From Candidatus Saccharimonadota bacterium (GTDB lineage Bacteria; Patescibacteriota; Saccharimonadia; Saccharimonadales; UBA4665): a stretch of 32,000 nucleotides of DNA. The notes beneath the pieces were generated by a model that searched no databases, was not told the origin of the DNA, and was given only the letters and a program-made list of their open reading frames with translations. The DNA lies in contig CP064992.1 in assembly GCA_016699935.1 (NCBI GenBank), positions 840,001 through 872,000 of the forward strand, read 5' to 3'. The translations under genes were made by a program, and so were the position numbers. Of this stretch, positions 1 through 9,857 are shown piece after piece. How positions within the stretch are numbered: position 1 is the stretch's first letter; each line of letters begins with the position of its first letter.

Positions 1-1480
1 TAGAGTGAGTGGTTTTTAATCCAGCCGTGGGCTCCCCGGGTTATGCCATTAGTATTGCCTGTTTTGCCTGACTCTGCAAGTGTAGCGTACGGCAAGACGG
101 TAAACGTGAAGGTACTACCCTCGTCTACCTTGCTGCTGACCGATATTTGGCCGCCGTGTGCCTGAACAATGGCATGGCTAAGGTATAGGCCGAGCCCAGT
201 GCCGCCTATCTGGGCGCGGTTGCGATGATTTCGGTAAAATTTTTCGAAAATGTGTGGCAAGATAGTTGTGTCTATGCCAAGGCCGAAGTCTTTGACACTG
301 GTTTCGACCATACCGGCGGCATTGAGGGTGGCGTTAAGGTGAACTTCTTTGGTACCTTTGGAATATTTGATTGCATTGTCGAGCAGGTTGGCGACGACTT
401 CATAAATGCTGTATCGGTCGACGCCAACGCTTGGTAGGTCTCGGGCGACGGTGGCTTTGATGGTGACACCGCGCACGCCAGCTCGAAGCCGCAAATCATT
501 TATGACGGAACGGAGGACGTCTTCCCATTTCTCTTCTTTGAGCTGGAGTGTGAGCTGGTTGTCCTCTATTTTGGCAACGTTTAAGATGTTGTCGACGAAT
601 GCGGCGAGCTGCTGAGCACTGGCATCCATTTTTTCATAAAATCTTTCAATTCGGCACTTAGGCTGGGTCCAAGCTCTTCATCGAATACCTCTATATATCC
701 GCGAAGAAGCGTTAGAGGTGTGCGTAGCTCGTGGACGGTCAGCGCTACAAAGCTCATTGCCTGGTCGTCTTGGCTGTAGACCTCAGTGTGGTCAAAAAGT
801 ATGAGGAGCGTTTCGTAGCCCATAGGGTTGTCACTGTTGAAATGTGCGGCGAGGTCGAACTGTTTTGTGTCTTTTTGGCCTGGCAGACCAATCCGGACGC
901 GCTCCCAGCGCATACTGGCAGTCACGCTCGATCGCCGAACAGTTTGTAGCCAGCTGTGTAAGGTTTGATCGTCGGAAAACGCCATATCGAGAGCGGTGTA
1001 GAGGTTCTTGGTCTCAAGCTCGTCGACCGGCCGTGCGAAATATTGTATGGCGGCTTCATTGGTGTAAACGATATTGTCGTCTTTGTCCAGTACGACCACA
1101 GGTAATGGCAGTGAGTTTGCGAGAAAATTGGCGTGAATATCTTGGATTTTCTTAGCATTTGTCTTTTCGACGTCACTTACAACACTCGCCATCTGATAGA
1201 CATGATTGACAAGGTTGGAAACGAGCTCGCGACCGTACTGCAAGCTATCGATGTTTGGTGATGGCTGGGGTTCGCCGTGCGGTGCAATGTGTTGGACGGC
1301 CTGCCAGATCATGTGGATAGGTTCGGCACTTGCATGGCTGGCGAAGCGAGCAAACAGGACACTGCCACATACCGAAAGAACATACATTGCGATAAGGATG
1401 GTGGTCGTTGATACAGTATCTCTGGTGGCAAGTAACCAGCCTGTTCCAATGACTAATGCCTGAAACACAAACATAATCAA
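1..1480 (-). CDS. Sensor histidine kinase (TM, PAS-like, HisKA, HATPase_c). The C-terminus runs off the window at position 1, and the frame is broken once inside the gene.
   Basis: ORF 581..1480 carries the H-box HELRTPLTLLRGY. My own translation of the complement of 1..629 gives MDASAQQLAAFVDNILNVAKIEDNQL...LDNAIKYSKG...DFGLGIDTTILPHIFEKFYRNHRNRAQIGGTGLGLYLSHAIVQAHGG, which contains the HATPase_c N, G1 and G2 boxes. This part is absent from the ORF track because it has no in-window stop. The two parts join across the T6 run at 629-634, which is one base short of in-frame. A possible true ATG at 1525-1527 (MDFFSKYRRQL...) is also one base out of frame, across the A5 run at 1518-1522. Confidence 0.85.
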
Positions 1481-1559
1481 TACGAGCTGGGTCGTGAGCT
1501 GCCGGCGGTATTTGCTGAAAAATCCATAATCTACTGGTATGCTAAGCGGTCTGTGCCAC

Positions 1560-2876
1560 TTAGGAGGTTATCCATGTTTGGCCGGGGTTGAGTGAGAGTG
1601 GTTTGCCGGCGCCGTCAGTGAATGTCAGGGGTGCGGCGGTGTCACTCTTGCTCCAGGTGCCAGTGGTAACGGTACCATCCTGAAACACAAATGCCTGGCC
1701 ACTACCTAGTACGTCGTACTGGGAGTGTTTGTCGCTGGCAACACTGTAAGTCGTGATGATAGCAACGACAACCTTCGGGTGTAACTGAGTTTGTGCGCCC
1801 GTGCTGTCCACGACCATGTGTGCTGCCCCACCTTGGCTGCGGTTGTATGTGTTGCTGGTGGTATCGTAATCGAATCGAGCATTGTATTGCCCGCTTGAGA
1901 TATTGAAATTGATACCGGTGGCGGGTGTGCGTGTGTCAGTTGTGGCAGTTTGTTTCTGATTTGGTGTGGTAGCTGCTGGCGCCTTGTAGGGCTGCTCGTT
2001 TTTACGGGTGAAACCGGTAAACGAAGCGGCGCCGTAACCCTTGCTGGCTGCGAGTTCACCGAGCTTGGGTATGCTGGTGTAGAGATTGTGTGGCGCGTAG
2101 CGGCCAGATATACGCCAGAAAAAGCCCTGCGTGTCATTGAGATCTTTTGTGCCCCATGCGCGGATGTCAGCGAGCGCTTCAGGGCTGCCACCGGCATGGG
2201 CGTAGGCGCAGTCAAAACTCATGCACCACTGCACATAGTATGGTCGAGCACTACGTACTGGGCCGATATAGTCGGGCTGAGTATCTTGGTAGAGCGTGAG
2301 AAACCGGGTAATACCGCCTTCGGCGATTGCCTCAAACACCACGCCTGCTTTGTCTATACCACTCTGTGGCCTGGCGTCTGGGTAGTGGTTTTCGACCATA
2401 ACCCCAAAGACTGGTCGCTGGTTGACGCTTGGGTCAACCTGTAAGCCACTGAGGGTGCTCGCGACGGTTGTAATTTTGGGGACGGGCTTAGACGGGTTTT
2501 TGCTCTGGTACACTCCGCCCTTTACGGTTGGGCGTGTCAGGAAGTACGCAGTCGCTCCGCCACAGCCAATGAAGAGTATCGTAAGGATCATTGTAGCAAT
2601 AGTCCACTGCTTGTTCAGTGTCCAGCGGGGCGAGAAAAACCCGGGGCGTGTCTTTACCTGGGATGGCATATCTACAGGGTTGGTCACCACCTCATTTGCT
2701 GTTTCGGCGATTTCGTCGGGTGGAACGAATGCGGGTTCTGGGGGTGTTTGCTCGCTCGCATCATGCTCGGCAGCGAGGTCGTGGATAGACCGCTGCGGTT
2801 CTTTTTCGAGCGGTTCAATGCGTTTTGGTTTACGGCGCGGCTCATCCGCCCCAAGAAAATCATCAATCATAAGCAC
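1560..2876 (-). CDS. DUF3048 (YerB-like) membrane-anchored protein
   Basis: 438-aa ORF with one TM segment (WTIATMILTILFIGCGGATAYF). It continues FGVMVENHYPDARPQSGIDKAGVVFEAIAEGGITRFLTLYQD...IGPVRSARPYY...AHAGGSPEAL, the motif set I recognise from DUF3048 proteins. Confidence 0.7.
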   Translation of the reverse strand: MLMIDDFLGADEPRRKPKRIEPLEKEPQRSIHDLAAEHDASEQTPPEPAFVPPDEIAETANEVVTNPVDMPSQVKTRPGFFSPRWTLNKQWTIATMILTILFIGCGGATAYFLTRPTVKGGVYQSKNPSKPVPKITTVASTLSGLQVDPSVNQRPVFGVMVENHYPDARPQSGIDKAGVVFEAIAEGGITRFLTLYQDTQPDYIGPVRSARPYYVQWCMSFDCAYAHAGGSPEALADIRAWGTKDLNDTQGFFWRISGRYAPHNLYTSIPKLGELAASKGYGAASFTGFTRKNEQPYKAPAATTPNQKQTATTDTRTPATGINFNISSGQYNARFDYDTTSNTYNRSQGGAAHMVVDSTGAQTQLHPKVVVAIITTYSVASDKHSQYDVLGSGQAFVFQDGTVTTGTWSKSDTAAPLTFTDGAGKPLSLNPGQTWITS

Positions 2877-2958
2877 TATTGTACCAGACCATCGTTTGTT
2901 GCAGAAACAGCTATAGAGGGGTTACACTACATGATTACTAAGGAAAAGTGCGACAGTA

Positions 2959-3777
2959 ATGACTAGACCAGAAGAAATAGCACCTGGCGATGACCAACAT
3001 TATGTGGCGCCGGAAGAAACCATGGAAGCTATGCGGGCCTTGCCGGGTGCGGTGGCAGTAGGCGCAGCCGCGGTCCTCGCATGTTTACTGCATATGCGGA
3101 ATAACAGCCCGGGTTACCAAGTGCCAATAGATGAGATGCAGAAGGCTATATTAAGGGTTGGACCGGAGGCCGAAACAGGTGAGCTTAATAGTGTTTTCGA
3201 TGCTATTCATAATGCTAGAGTGCCAGGGGTTAGCTTGGCTTTTCGACGTGATAGGGGGTCTGGTAGCACCATTTTAAGGCTTAGAGGTCAACATAGTATC
3301 GTATCACCAGAGGTTTTGGATCTGTTGCGCGAAGAATTCCCGTCTGTCATGGCCGCGCTGGATTATGCCGATAGTTTGGGACGGGCATCTGTAGAAAAAG
3401 ACGAAAAACCTTCAAGATTTCGACATTCAGAAATGATAGAAAGACTGCTCATAGGTAATCCCGGAGTAGCGATTGGGTCACGCTTAGCTGAGCAACATGC
3501 TCTAGGTTATCTTCAGTCCTTACAAAACGCGGCTACACTTCGAAGGGTTGTACCTAAGTTGGCCATAGGGAGCGCAGATGCTTACTATCAGCTTATTTTA
3601 GTAATACATGCGCATAGAGGCGAACGCGTTTTCTATGCTCGTCAGGGATCTGACGCTCCGGTACTTGTAGACGGTAAAACGTATCCGTTTACGACTTTGA
3701 GCGGCTTAAAGCTAGATTTGGTAGTATCGCGGCGTTATCCTAGCGTTTTGACAGACCATGGGGCTATAAACGGCTGA
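2959..3777 (+). CDS. Hypothetical protein (272 aa), no recognisable domain
   Basis: Long clean ORF and the only plus-strand gene in a minus-strand block. The sequence is visibly more AT-rich than its neighbours. Its 3' end overlaps the gltX stop by 14 nt (convergent). Confidence 0.5.
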   Translation: MTRPEEIAPGDDQHYVAPEETMEAMRALPGAVAVGAAAVLACLLHMRNNSPGYQVPIDEMQKAILRVGPEAETGELNSVFDAIHNARVPGVSLAFRRDRGSGSTILRLRGQHSIVSPEVLDLLREEFPSVMAALDYADSLGRASVEKDEKPSRFRHSEMIERLLIGNPGVAIGSRLAEQHALGYLQSLQNAATLRRVVPKLAIGSADAYYQLILVIHAHRGERVFYARQGSDAPVLVDGKTYPFTTLSGLKLDLVVSRRYPSVLTDHGAING

Positions 3778-5288
3778 GAGTCCTGTCTTTACCCAGGAGG
3801 GCGAGGGTGGCGGGGAGCTCGGGGCTGAAGGGTGCCCAGGTGGTGTAGATGCGGATGAGGCTAAAGAGAATGCCTGGTTTTTGACCGGTTTCTTCTAGCA
3901 GTTCGTTTAGGGCGGTTTGAATGTGCTCAGCGTCCCAGTCGGTCACCTGCTCGAGTTTGTCGTGGGTGGCGGCGATGAGCTGGTCTATTTCACTTCGTTC
4001 GAGTTTGCCCAGCTGTTTGTTCTCTGTTATGAGTGAACGGTCTTCACTTGGTTCGGCAAAAAAGTAGCTCGTTAACGCCGGCAGATCCTGAAGAGTTTTG
4101 AGTCGTTCTTGCGCAAGAGCCAGCACCTGCTTCTTATGATCGACATCGGCATCAGCTGCTGTAGCAGGCCAAAATGATTCAACGCGCGCATACAGATCAT
4201 CGAGGGCAGTTCGCGGATAAACTGACCGTTGACCCACAGTAAACGCTTTTCATCGAAGCGGGCGCCACTGCGTTGGACCTTAGAGAGGCTAAAGCGCTTT
4301 ATGAGCTCATCGCGAGTGTAGAGTTCTTGCTCGGTTCCGTCATTCCATCCCATGGTGGCGATAAAACTCATCATGGCTTCGCCGAGATAGCCGTCACGAA
4401 TGTAGTCAAGGACATCCTTGGCACCATCACGTTTACCGAGCTTCTTGTTTCCCTGTTCGTTCATAATGTGTGGCAGATGCGCAAATATCGGAAGAGGGGT
4501 TCGCTCCTCTATTTGCAAATGACCTGAATTCGTTTGCTGCGCCTCTCCCCAGAAGCTCGGGCTTCTCCCTTGTGTTTTTCATCGGCGTTTGAAGCAAAAG
4601 CGCCTTCTACGTTGAATCCGAGGGCTTCATAGAGGTTGAGGTAGTTTGGCATGCTACTTATGAACTCTTGCCCGCGCATGACGTGGGTAATCTGCATATC
4701 GCGGTCATCGATGATGTGGGCGAAGTTGTAGGTTGGGTAGCCGTCGCTTTTAATGAGAATAAAATCATCTACGACCTCTGTACCGGTATGAATATCTCCC
4801 ATCACTTCGTCGTGCCAGTCGTACGCCCTAGGATCAGATCTAAACCTGAGTGGTTGCGTGCCATCCCAAGCCGGTGGATGCGATGGCCGATGGTCTCGAT
4901 ACAAGAACGGCTTTTTGGCGGCTTGCGCCTCTTCGCGGAATTTCTGTACCTCTTCTGGGCTGTATGGGTCGGCGTAGGCTCTTCCCTGTTCAATGAGCTG
5001 CTGGGCGACCTCTTGGTAGCGGTCGAGCCGCTGGCTTTGTATGTATGGCTCGTAGGGGCCACCTATGTCGGGACCCTCGTCGTAAGTGAGACCGATGGCT
5101 TTCAGGCTAGCGATCAAATGCTCGGCACTACCGGCAACCTCTCTTTTTTTATCGGTATCTTCGAAACGAAGAATAAACTGTCCCTCGGCCTGTCTGGCAA
5201 CGAGATAGGCGAATAAGGCCGTACGAATACCACCAACGTGAAGGTAGCCAGTTGGACTTGGCGCAAAACGCGTTCGTATCGTAGACAT
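3764..5288 (-). CDS. gltX: Glutamyl-tRNA synthetase, split into three ORFs (4509..5288, 4072..4518, 3764..4237)
   Basis: N-terminus RFAPSPTGYLHVGGIRTALF (HIGH motif). The middle ORF has FAHLPHIMNEQGNKKLGKRDGA (a KMSKS-type loop). The C-terminal ORF is the anticodon-binding region. The break at 4204-4206 is a single-base homopolymer problem (C3 in gene sense), giving RLLWVNGQFIRELP|LDDLYARVE. The break at 4492-4610 is a roughly 110-nt non-homologous insertion (see findings). Confidence 0.9.
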
Positions 5289-5334
5289 ACTGTCAGTATA
5301 TCAGATATACCAGAGTAGATTTAATGGGTTGCGG

Positions 5335-6384
5335 CTAGCTGTTCGTGGCGAGGGCGGTGAGCTGGGCGTCGGTGAGCGGTTGTTTGCCATGTACCTGGTA
5401 CCAGGTACCGTCTTTTACCCAGGTGGCATGGCTGTCGCTAAACTTATAGATAGTCACAGTTCCGGCGGCAAGTTCGGTGTAGTTTGGTGCGCCGTTCGCC
5501 TTTACAGACGAGACCTGACGAATCATCTGTGCTCCGTTCCAGTTGGTCTGCTGCTCTACGAGTTGATAGGTGGCAAGTTCACTCCGAAACGTATAGGTAA
5601 GGCGTTCATTGTGAGCAGAAACACCCTCGTACTTGAAACCAGCGGCCGTGAAATTTGGCATACTGGTTGATACGCCGGCGACAACACCAGCCATACGCGC
5701 TTGCAGGCTCGGTGTATTGCTGTAGGTAAGAAAACTAGCTATTGCCAGCAAGGCTGCGATGCCGGCTGTCATGGTAACGAAATGGCGGCGGGCTTTCTTT
5801 TTGAAGTGCTTCTTGTGAGCAGCAATATCAACGAAGTGCGTCGCATTTGCAATTGCCTGTTCGAATATGTCGACTGGATTTGAGCTTTGGATTGGCGGTG
5901 CTTGGATAGGTGGTTCATGTAAAGAAACACTTTGTGGGGCAGCCTGGACAGCGACGTGAGTGAAAGTTACGGGGATTTGTGCTGGGCTATGAAACCGATG
6001 TACCTGCTGGGCTTTTTCTATTTGCTTTGCTCGTCGCGCCCGGGCGGTATCGACGTGCGCCGCTACGTGTTTGACTGGTATGGCGTGTTCTCTAGTGTGA
6101 GCAAGTTCTTGCTGAACATGAAGTTGTTTCTTGAGCCCTGATTGAGGTTTCTTGACGGCGCGGCGCATGAGTGTTTGAGCCGATTGAGGTGCGTGACGTT
6201 TTGCATGCGTTGCGGTAGTGTGGGCGGGTTGTGAATGTACTGACGGCTGTTTTGTTACGGTAATTTGTTTTGGCTTTGGGGCTTGTTTAACCTGTTTGTG
6301 CGCAGGTGCGATGATGTCAGTAATCCGCCTACCCGTGACAGCATCGTAGGACTTGCCATTCACTTGCACAACCATTTTTTCCAT
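5335..6384 (-). CDS. Membrane-anchored hypothetical protein with a basic low-complexity N-terminus, one TM and a DUF4367-like C-terminal domain
   Basis: 349-aa ORF with TM FVTMTAGIAALLAIASFLTY. The C-terminal part (...ATWVKDGTWYQVHGKQPLTDAQLTALATNS) resembles the end of DUF4367/LolA-like domains. This is a recognition-level call only. Confidence 0.5.
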   Translation of the reverse strand: MEKMVVQVNGKSYDAVTGRRITDIIAPAHKQVKQAPKPKQITVTKQPSVHSQPAHTTATHAKRHAPQSAQTLMRRAVKKPQSGLKKQLHVQQELAHTREHAIPVKHVAAHVDTARARRAKQIEKAQQVHRFHSPAQIPVTFTHVAVQAAPQSVSLHEPPIQAPPIQSSNPVDIFEQAIANATHFVDIAAHKKHFKKKARRHFVTMTAGIAALLAIASFLTYSNTPSLQARMAGVVAGVSTSMPNFTAAGFKYEGVSAHNERLTYTFRSELATYQLVEQQTNWNGAQMIRQVSSVKANGAPNYTELAAGTVTIYKFSDSHATWVKDGTWYQVHGKQPLTDAQLTALATNS

Positions 6385-6628
6385 ATTGTTTGCTTTCCCT
6401 CGTCAGCGTTGCTCTTTCAAGTACATAATACCGCTTTTGCTTCTGTAAACGCAAGTAGTTTCTCCTGGTGAGCAGCATCTACTCGACGTACACGGGAATT
6501 CCCACTGCCCCAGCCTATCTCAGTAGAGCCCGCATGCTCTTTTTTAAGTCGTCAGTGGAGCTTTCGGCTCTACTTCCTTAAAGACAAAGGAGCTTCTACA
6601 ATCACTCCTAGACACGGCTGATGAAAGT

Positions 6629-6654
6629 GCGATTCCCGCGTAAGTCGAGTATAC
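6629..6654 (+). promoter_or_regulatory. Conserved motif GCGATT-N3-GCGTAAGTCGAGTATAC upstream of the alaS fragment; probable promoter (TATAC[T/G] as -10)
   Basis: The 17-mer GCGTAAGTCGAGTATAC at 6638-6654 is identical to 18178-18194 upstream of pyrH. GCGATT precedes it in both copies. The motif ends 8 nt before the alaS ATG at 6663. Confidence 0.4.
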
Positions 6655-6662
6655 TGTTGAAC

Positions 6663-7016
6663 ATGAACGCACAAGAAATACGCATAACTTACCTGAAATT
6701 TTTCGCTGACCGTGGCCACGTGGTGATTCCACGGGCGCGATTGGTGCCAGATAACGACCCGACGACACTTTTTACAGGCAGCGGTATGCAGCCGCTCCTA
6801 CCGTTTTTACTCGGTGAAGCTCATCCTGATGGCGTACGGCTGGTCGACAGTCAAACCTGCCTACGTGCCCAAGATATCGAAGAAGTCGGCGATAATCGCC
6901 ATACCACGTTTTTTGAGATGCTCGGGAATTGGAGCCTCGGCGACTATTTCAAAGCTGAGCAGCTACCTTGGTTCTGGGAGTTTCCCGATTTGACTACCCG
7001 TACTTTTCCCGACTGA
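6663..7016 (+). pseudogene. alaS: Alanyl-tRNA synthetase, N-terminal fragment only (about 117 codons of an expected >850)
   Basis: MNAQEIRITYLKFFADRGHVVIPRARLVPDNDPTTLFTGSGMQ...HTTFFEMLGNWSLGDYFKAEQLPWFWEF matches the AlaRS catalytic-core N-terminus. Similarity stops at about 6990 and no frame continues it. Confidence 0.8.
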
Positions 7017-7090
7017 GTTAAAAACCACGAAAATAGCGTCGTTTACGAGCCAGCTTAGTTTTATCACTCAGAGCCAGGGTCAGGCGTTGG

Positions 7091-8147
7091 TTGGTAGCTA
7101 CAGAACTGAGCCAGCCAGGACGGCTGCAAGTATTTGATCTGAAAAGCGCCCAGAAGCCCGCTGCAAAGGTAGTCTTACTACAAGCTGGTGTGTTAACGAC
7201 TGCAGAAAGTGTAGAGTCATGGAATGTGCTCGAATGGTCGGATGACGAGCGACATTTTCTGACCCAGCGCTTTTCACGAACGGTGGGGCGAAAGCGCAGG
7301 AATACATTTTGCTTGACCGTCAAGATGGCGCACAGGCTAGGAATCTTACCCGTGACCTCGCTCTCTTGCCGGCAGACCAAATCCAGTTATTTAACAAGAA
7401 GCAGAATCAGTTTTATATCTATAATACAGAAACAAAGCTACTTAGGACTGCACAGTTGGGTGCGAACCCACCAAATGCACTGCGGCTTGAGCGAGTTTTA
7501 GCCTATAAATCTTACGGTGATAACACGGTTCTTTACGTAACCGACACACCTTTGGGAAGTAAAGCAATCCCAGGGATTGTTTCGGTCGTTCTGCAACAGG
7601 GTACGCGTACGAGTGTGCTGAAGCGCTTGCCCGTAGCAGAAAAGTACCTTATTGATATCGCCGGCTTTGATGGTGACTGGTACGTAGTCGCTGGTTCAAG
7701 CGCACTTAAGGGGTGTATATATTCCGGAATCCCCTCGATGCCGTGCTCGCGAAACCAACAGATATTCCATCACCGTTTCGGTTCTTAAAAATTATGAACC
7801 CACAGTACGTCGCGTTTTCGGCAAATGCCCAGTTTATTTTGGCAGCTCGTGGTGTGGATCAGGCGGTGTATGATATTGAATACCAAGATGTCTATCACTA
7901 CACGACTGAAGGTCCTCTGGATGCTCTGCAGGAACACGTGAAGTGGATGGATGGCTACCGTTTGGCGTATGTTTCGGCCGGCAAATTGGTCGTGTATGAC
8001 TACGATAGTACCAACCGTCGGACGCTGTCAAATGCCTCGCCACAGTACAGTATGTTTTTTGCCCCGAACTACCGCGTTAGCTACAGCTTGACTCAAGCGG
8101 CGGATGGCATCCCCGCACTTACTCAGACATCCTTGACGACCCAGTAG
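7091..8147 (+). pseudogene. C-terminal portion of a conserved hypothetical (possibly PEGA/beta-propeller-type) protein. It is read from three overlapping ORFs and lacks an N-terminus.
   Basis: ORFs 7091..7501, 7309..7788 and 7713..8147 join into one sensible sequence if one G is added at the G4 runs 7285-7288 (..RTVG|AKAQEYILLDRQDG..) and 7711-7714 (..SSALKG|VYIFRNPLDAV..). No start or signal sequence lies upstream, and the frame opens only at 7037. The family assignment is memory-based. Confidence 0.45.
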
Positions 8148-8166
8148 CAATGTAACTCTAGGGCTA

Positions 8167-9543
8167 TTAATTCCAGAACTGGATGCCGCGCCACATACGC
8201 GTCCAGAGGGTTGGTCCATTACTGGTGATTTGTTGAGGTTCAGCTACGCTAGGTTGAGTGGTCGGTGTATTGTTTGATGCGACACTTGGACTAATTTGTT
8301 TACCCCATACCACCAGTCTGTTTGTACTAAATCCAGGTGGGTCACAGGTAATGAGTACGGCAGTTGCTTGCTCGCCTTTTGTGTCGGTAAGCACGCTGAC
8401 CTGTGATGGTGGTACGATTTCTTTGGCGAAAACTTCGTACGAATAGACTTTACCGTTATAGAGCACGGTAAACACATCTCCAGTAGTTAGCTCGCGGAGG
8501 CGTACAAAGGCGAACTTAGCTTTGCCGTTGTTGAAGATATTTTGGCTGGAATGCCCAAAGTAGGCACTATTGCCATTTTCTCCAGGCTTTACTGTGCTGG
8601 GGTAGTGCACAACCCCGTTTTCGAGTGAGCTTTGAATGGTTGCCTCGTCGCTGCTGATGAGGTTGAAATCTACGGGCATCTGGATGTTGATCTTTGAAAC
8701 AATTACCGTTGGGTTGGCGGCTTGTTCGGGTGAGATATTACTGACGATGATAGGTATGCCTGCCACCTTGCTGCTTGGCTGTATGAAAGGCGTGATGATG
8801 AACTCATTAAAAAACCCGAAGAGCAATACTAGTAACATAACTGCGCCCACGCCGAACCCGAACAAGAGTGATTGTAGGTGGTGGCGGGCTTTTAGTTTCC
8901 CGCCTGCGCTGACTTTATGCTGAATTCGGTGTTTTATGCGCCTGGTTGCTTCAGCTGTCTGGGAATCTAGTACTCTTTTGCCAACTTTTGTTTTCCGGAC
9001 TGCTTGTCCTGCTCGTTTTTTCGTCTTGGCCAGACGGTTTGGTTTCACCGGTCTGACACGAGGGATTGGTTTCAGAGGCGTGTGGTCTGCTATAGTCACG
9101 CCAGCTTCGCTGGTGATGACTCGGGGTGATGTATCTGCTACGGTGCTTGTGGTTTCAGGAGCGGATGCTGCTAATCTGGAGCGCGACGCTACGGGTGTCT
9201 GCTTTTGAAAGAGTTTCTGGTACGGCGTGTGCTCATTTGCCGCGTAAAACTCCTGCCAGACCTCATGCTTTTCAGCCTCTGGGAGTCTCGTGTAGTACGC
9301 GTGCCACTCGGTCTGGATCTCTGCAAGACCTTTCCCTGCCGCAGCCAGTTGCTGCAAAAACACCTGGTGTTTACTCAGTACTCGTTCGGTCTCAATTTCT
9401 TGCAGCTCCTGCGAGGCCAAAGGCTCTTCGCCGAAGGCTTTGGCGACCTTACTACGAATAAGCTCCACAGCAGCGCTATCGGCTGGTTCTGGCCGCAAGG
9501 GATTATCGGGGAAAAGTGGATTGGTGCTCATATGCGTTACCAC
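8167..9543 (-). CDS. Sortase-domain protein with a long N-terminal cytoplasmic region and one TM
   Basis: C-terminal half: ...GVVHYPSTVKPGENGNSAYFGHSS...FVRLRELTTGDVFTVLYNGKVYSYEV...ATAVLITCDPPGFSTNRLVVWG. This contains the catalytic His region and the L-I-T-C sortase motif. TM: LLFGFGVGAVMLLVLLFGFF. Confidence 0.75.
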   Translation of the reverse strand: MVTHMSTNPLFPDNPLRPEPADSAAVELIRSKVAKAFGEEPLASQELQEIETERVLSKHQVFLQQLAAAGKGLAEIQTEWHAYYTRLPEAEKHEVWQEFYAANEHTPYQKLFQKQTPVASRSRLAASAPETTSTVADTSPRVITSEAGVTIADHTPLKPIPRVRPVKPNRLAKTKKRAGQAVRKTKVGKRVLDSQTAEATRRIKHRIQHKVSAGGKLKARHHLQSLLFGFGVGAVMLLVLLFGFFNEFIITPFIQPSSKVAGIPIIVSNISPEQAANPTVIVSKINIQMPVDFNLISSDEATIQSSLENGVVHYPSTVKPGENGNSAYFGHSSQNIFNNGKAKFAFVRLRELTTGDVFTVLYNGKVYSYEVFAKEIVPPSQVSVLTDTKGEQATAVLITCDPPGFSTNRLVVWGKQISPSVASNNTPTTQPSVAEPQQITSNGPTLWTRMWRGIQFWN

Positions 9544-9634
9544 GCCAGCAGGCCACCGCCCACTCGCGTTTCATTGAGTAGTATAGTACAATACACCTCT
9601 GGTGACCATGGGTTATACTTATGGTTGCATATCG

Positions 9635-9661
9635 GGGCGAGTGGTGAAATTGGTATACGAC
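9635..9661 (+). other. tRNA-Leu-like 5' fragment F1 (acceptor plus D-arm only)
   Basis: GGGCGAGTGGTGAAATTGGTATACGAC compared with the intact gene's GGGCAAGTGGCGGAACTGGTATACGCG. No anticodon or T arm follows. Confidence 0.5.
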
Positions 9662-9691
9662 TCACTTCGTTCGTTGAAAAATAGATATGAC

Positions 9692-9716
9692 GGCGCAGTG
9701 AATGGAATTGGTAAAC
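9692..9716 (+). other. tRNA-Leu-like 5' fragment F2 (acceptor plus D-arm only)
   Basis: GGCGCAGTGAATGGAATTGGTAAAC retains the type-II D-loop core GGAAYTGGTAWAC. Its acceptor strand GGCGCAG is 6/7 complementary to the orphan 3' strand CTGCGGC at 9920-9926. Confidence 0.45.
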
Positions 9717-9753
9717 TATTCGCTAAAGCTGAAACGGGTCTAGCTCTTATGGG

Positions 9754-9838
9754 GGGCAAGTGGCGGAACTGGTATACGCGCACGACTCAAAATCGTGTTC
9801 CTTACGGATTGAGGGTTCGATTCCCTCCTTGCCCACCA
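9754..9838 (+). tRNA. tRNA-Leu (anticodon CAA), 85 nt, type II, CCA encoded
   Basis: Hand-folded: acceptor GGGCAAG/CTTGCCC, D stem GCG/CGC, anticodon stem CACGA/TCGTG with loop CTCAAAA, 13-nt variable arm, T arm GAGGG-TTCGATT-CCCTC, discriminator A, then CCA. Confidence 0.9.
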
Positions 9839-9857
9839 TAAGCTCTAGACACCGCTC

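Noticed and set aside
6385-6620. T-box leader upstream of the alaS fragment (a 9-bp inverted repeat AGTAGAGCC/GGCTCTACT is present at about 6521-6574)
   Set aside because: No T-box consensus (GGTGGNACCGCG-like 14-mer), no AGAGA/GNUGNA stem I elements and no terminator/antiterminator pair could be found by eye.
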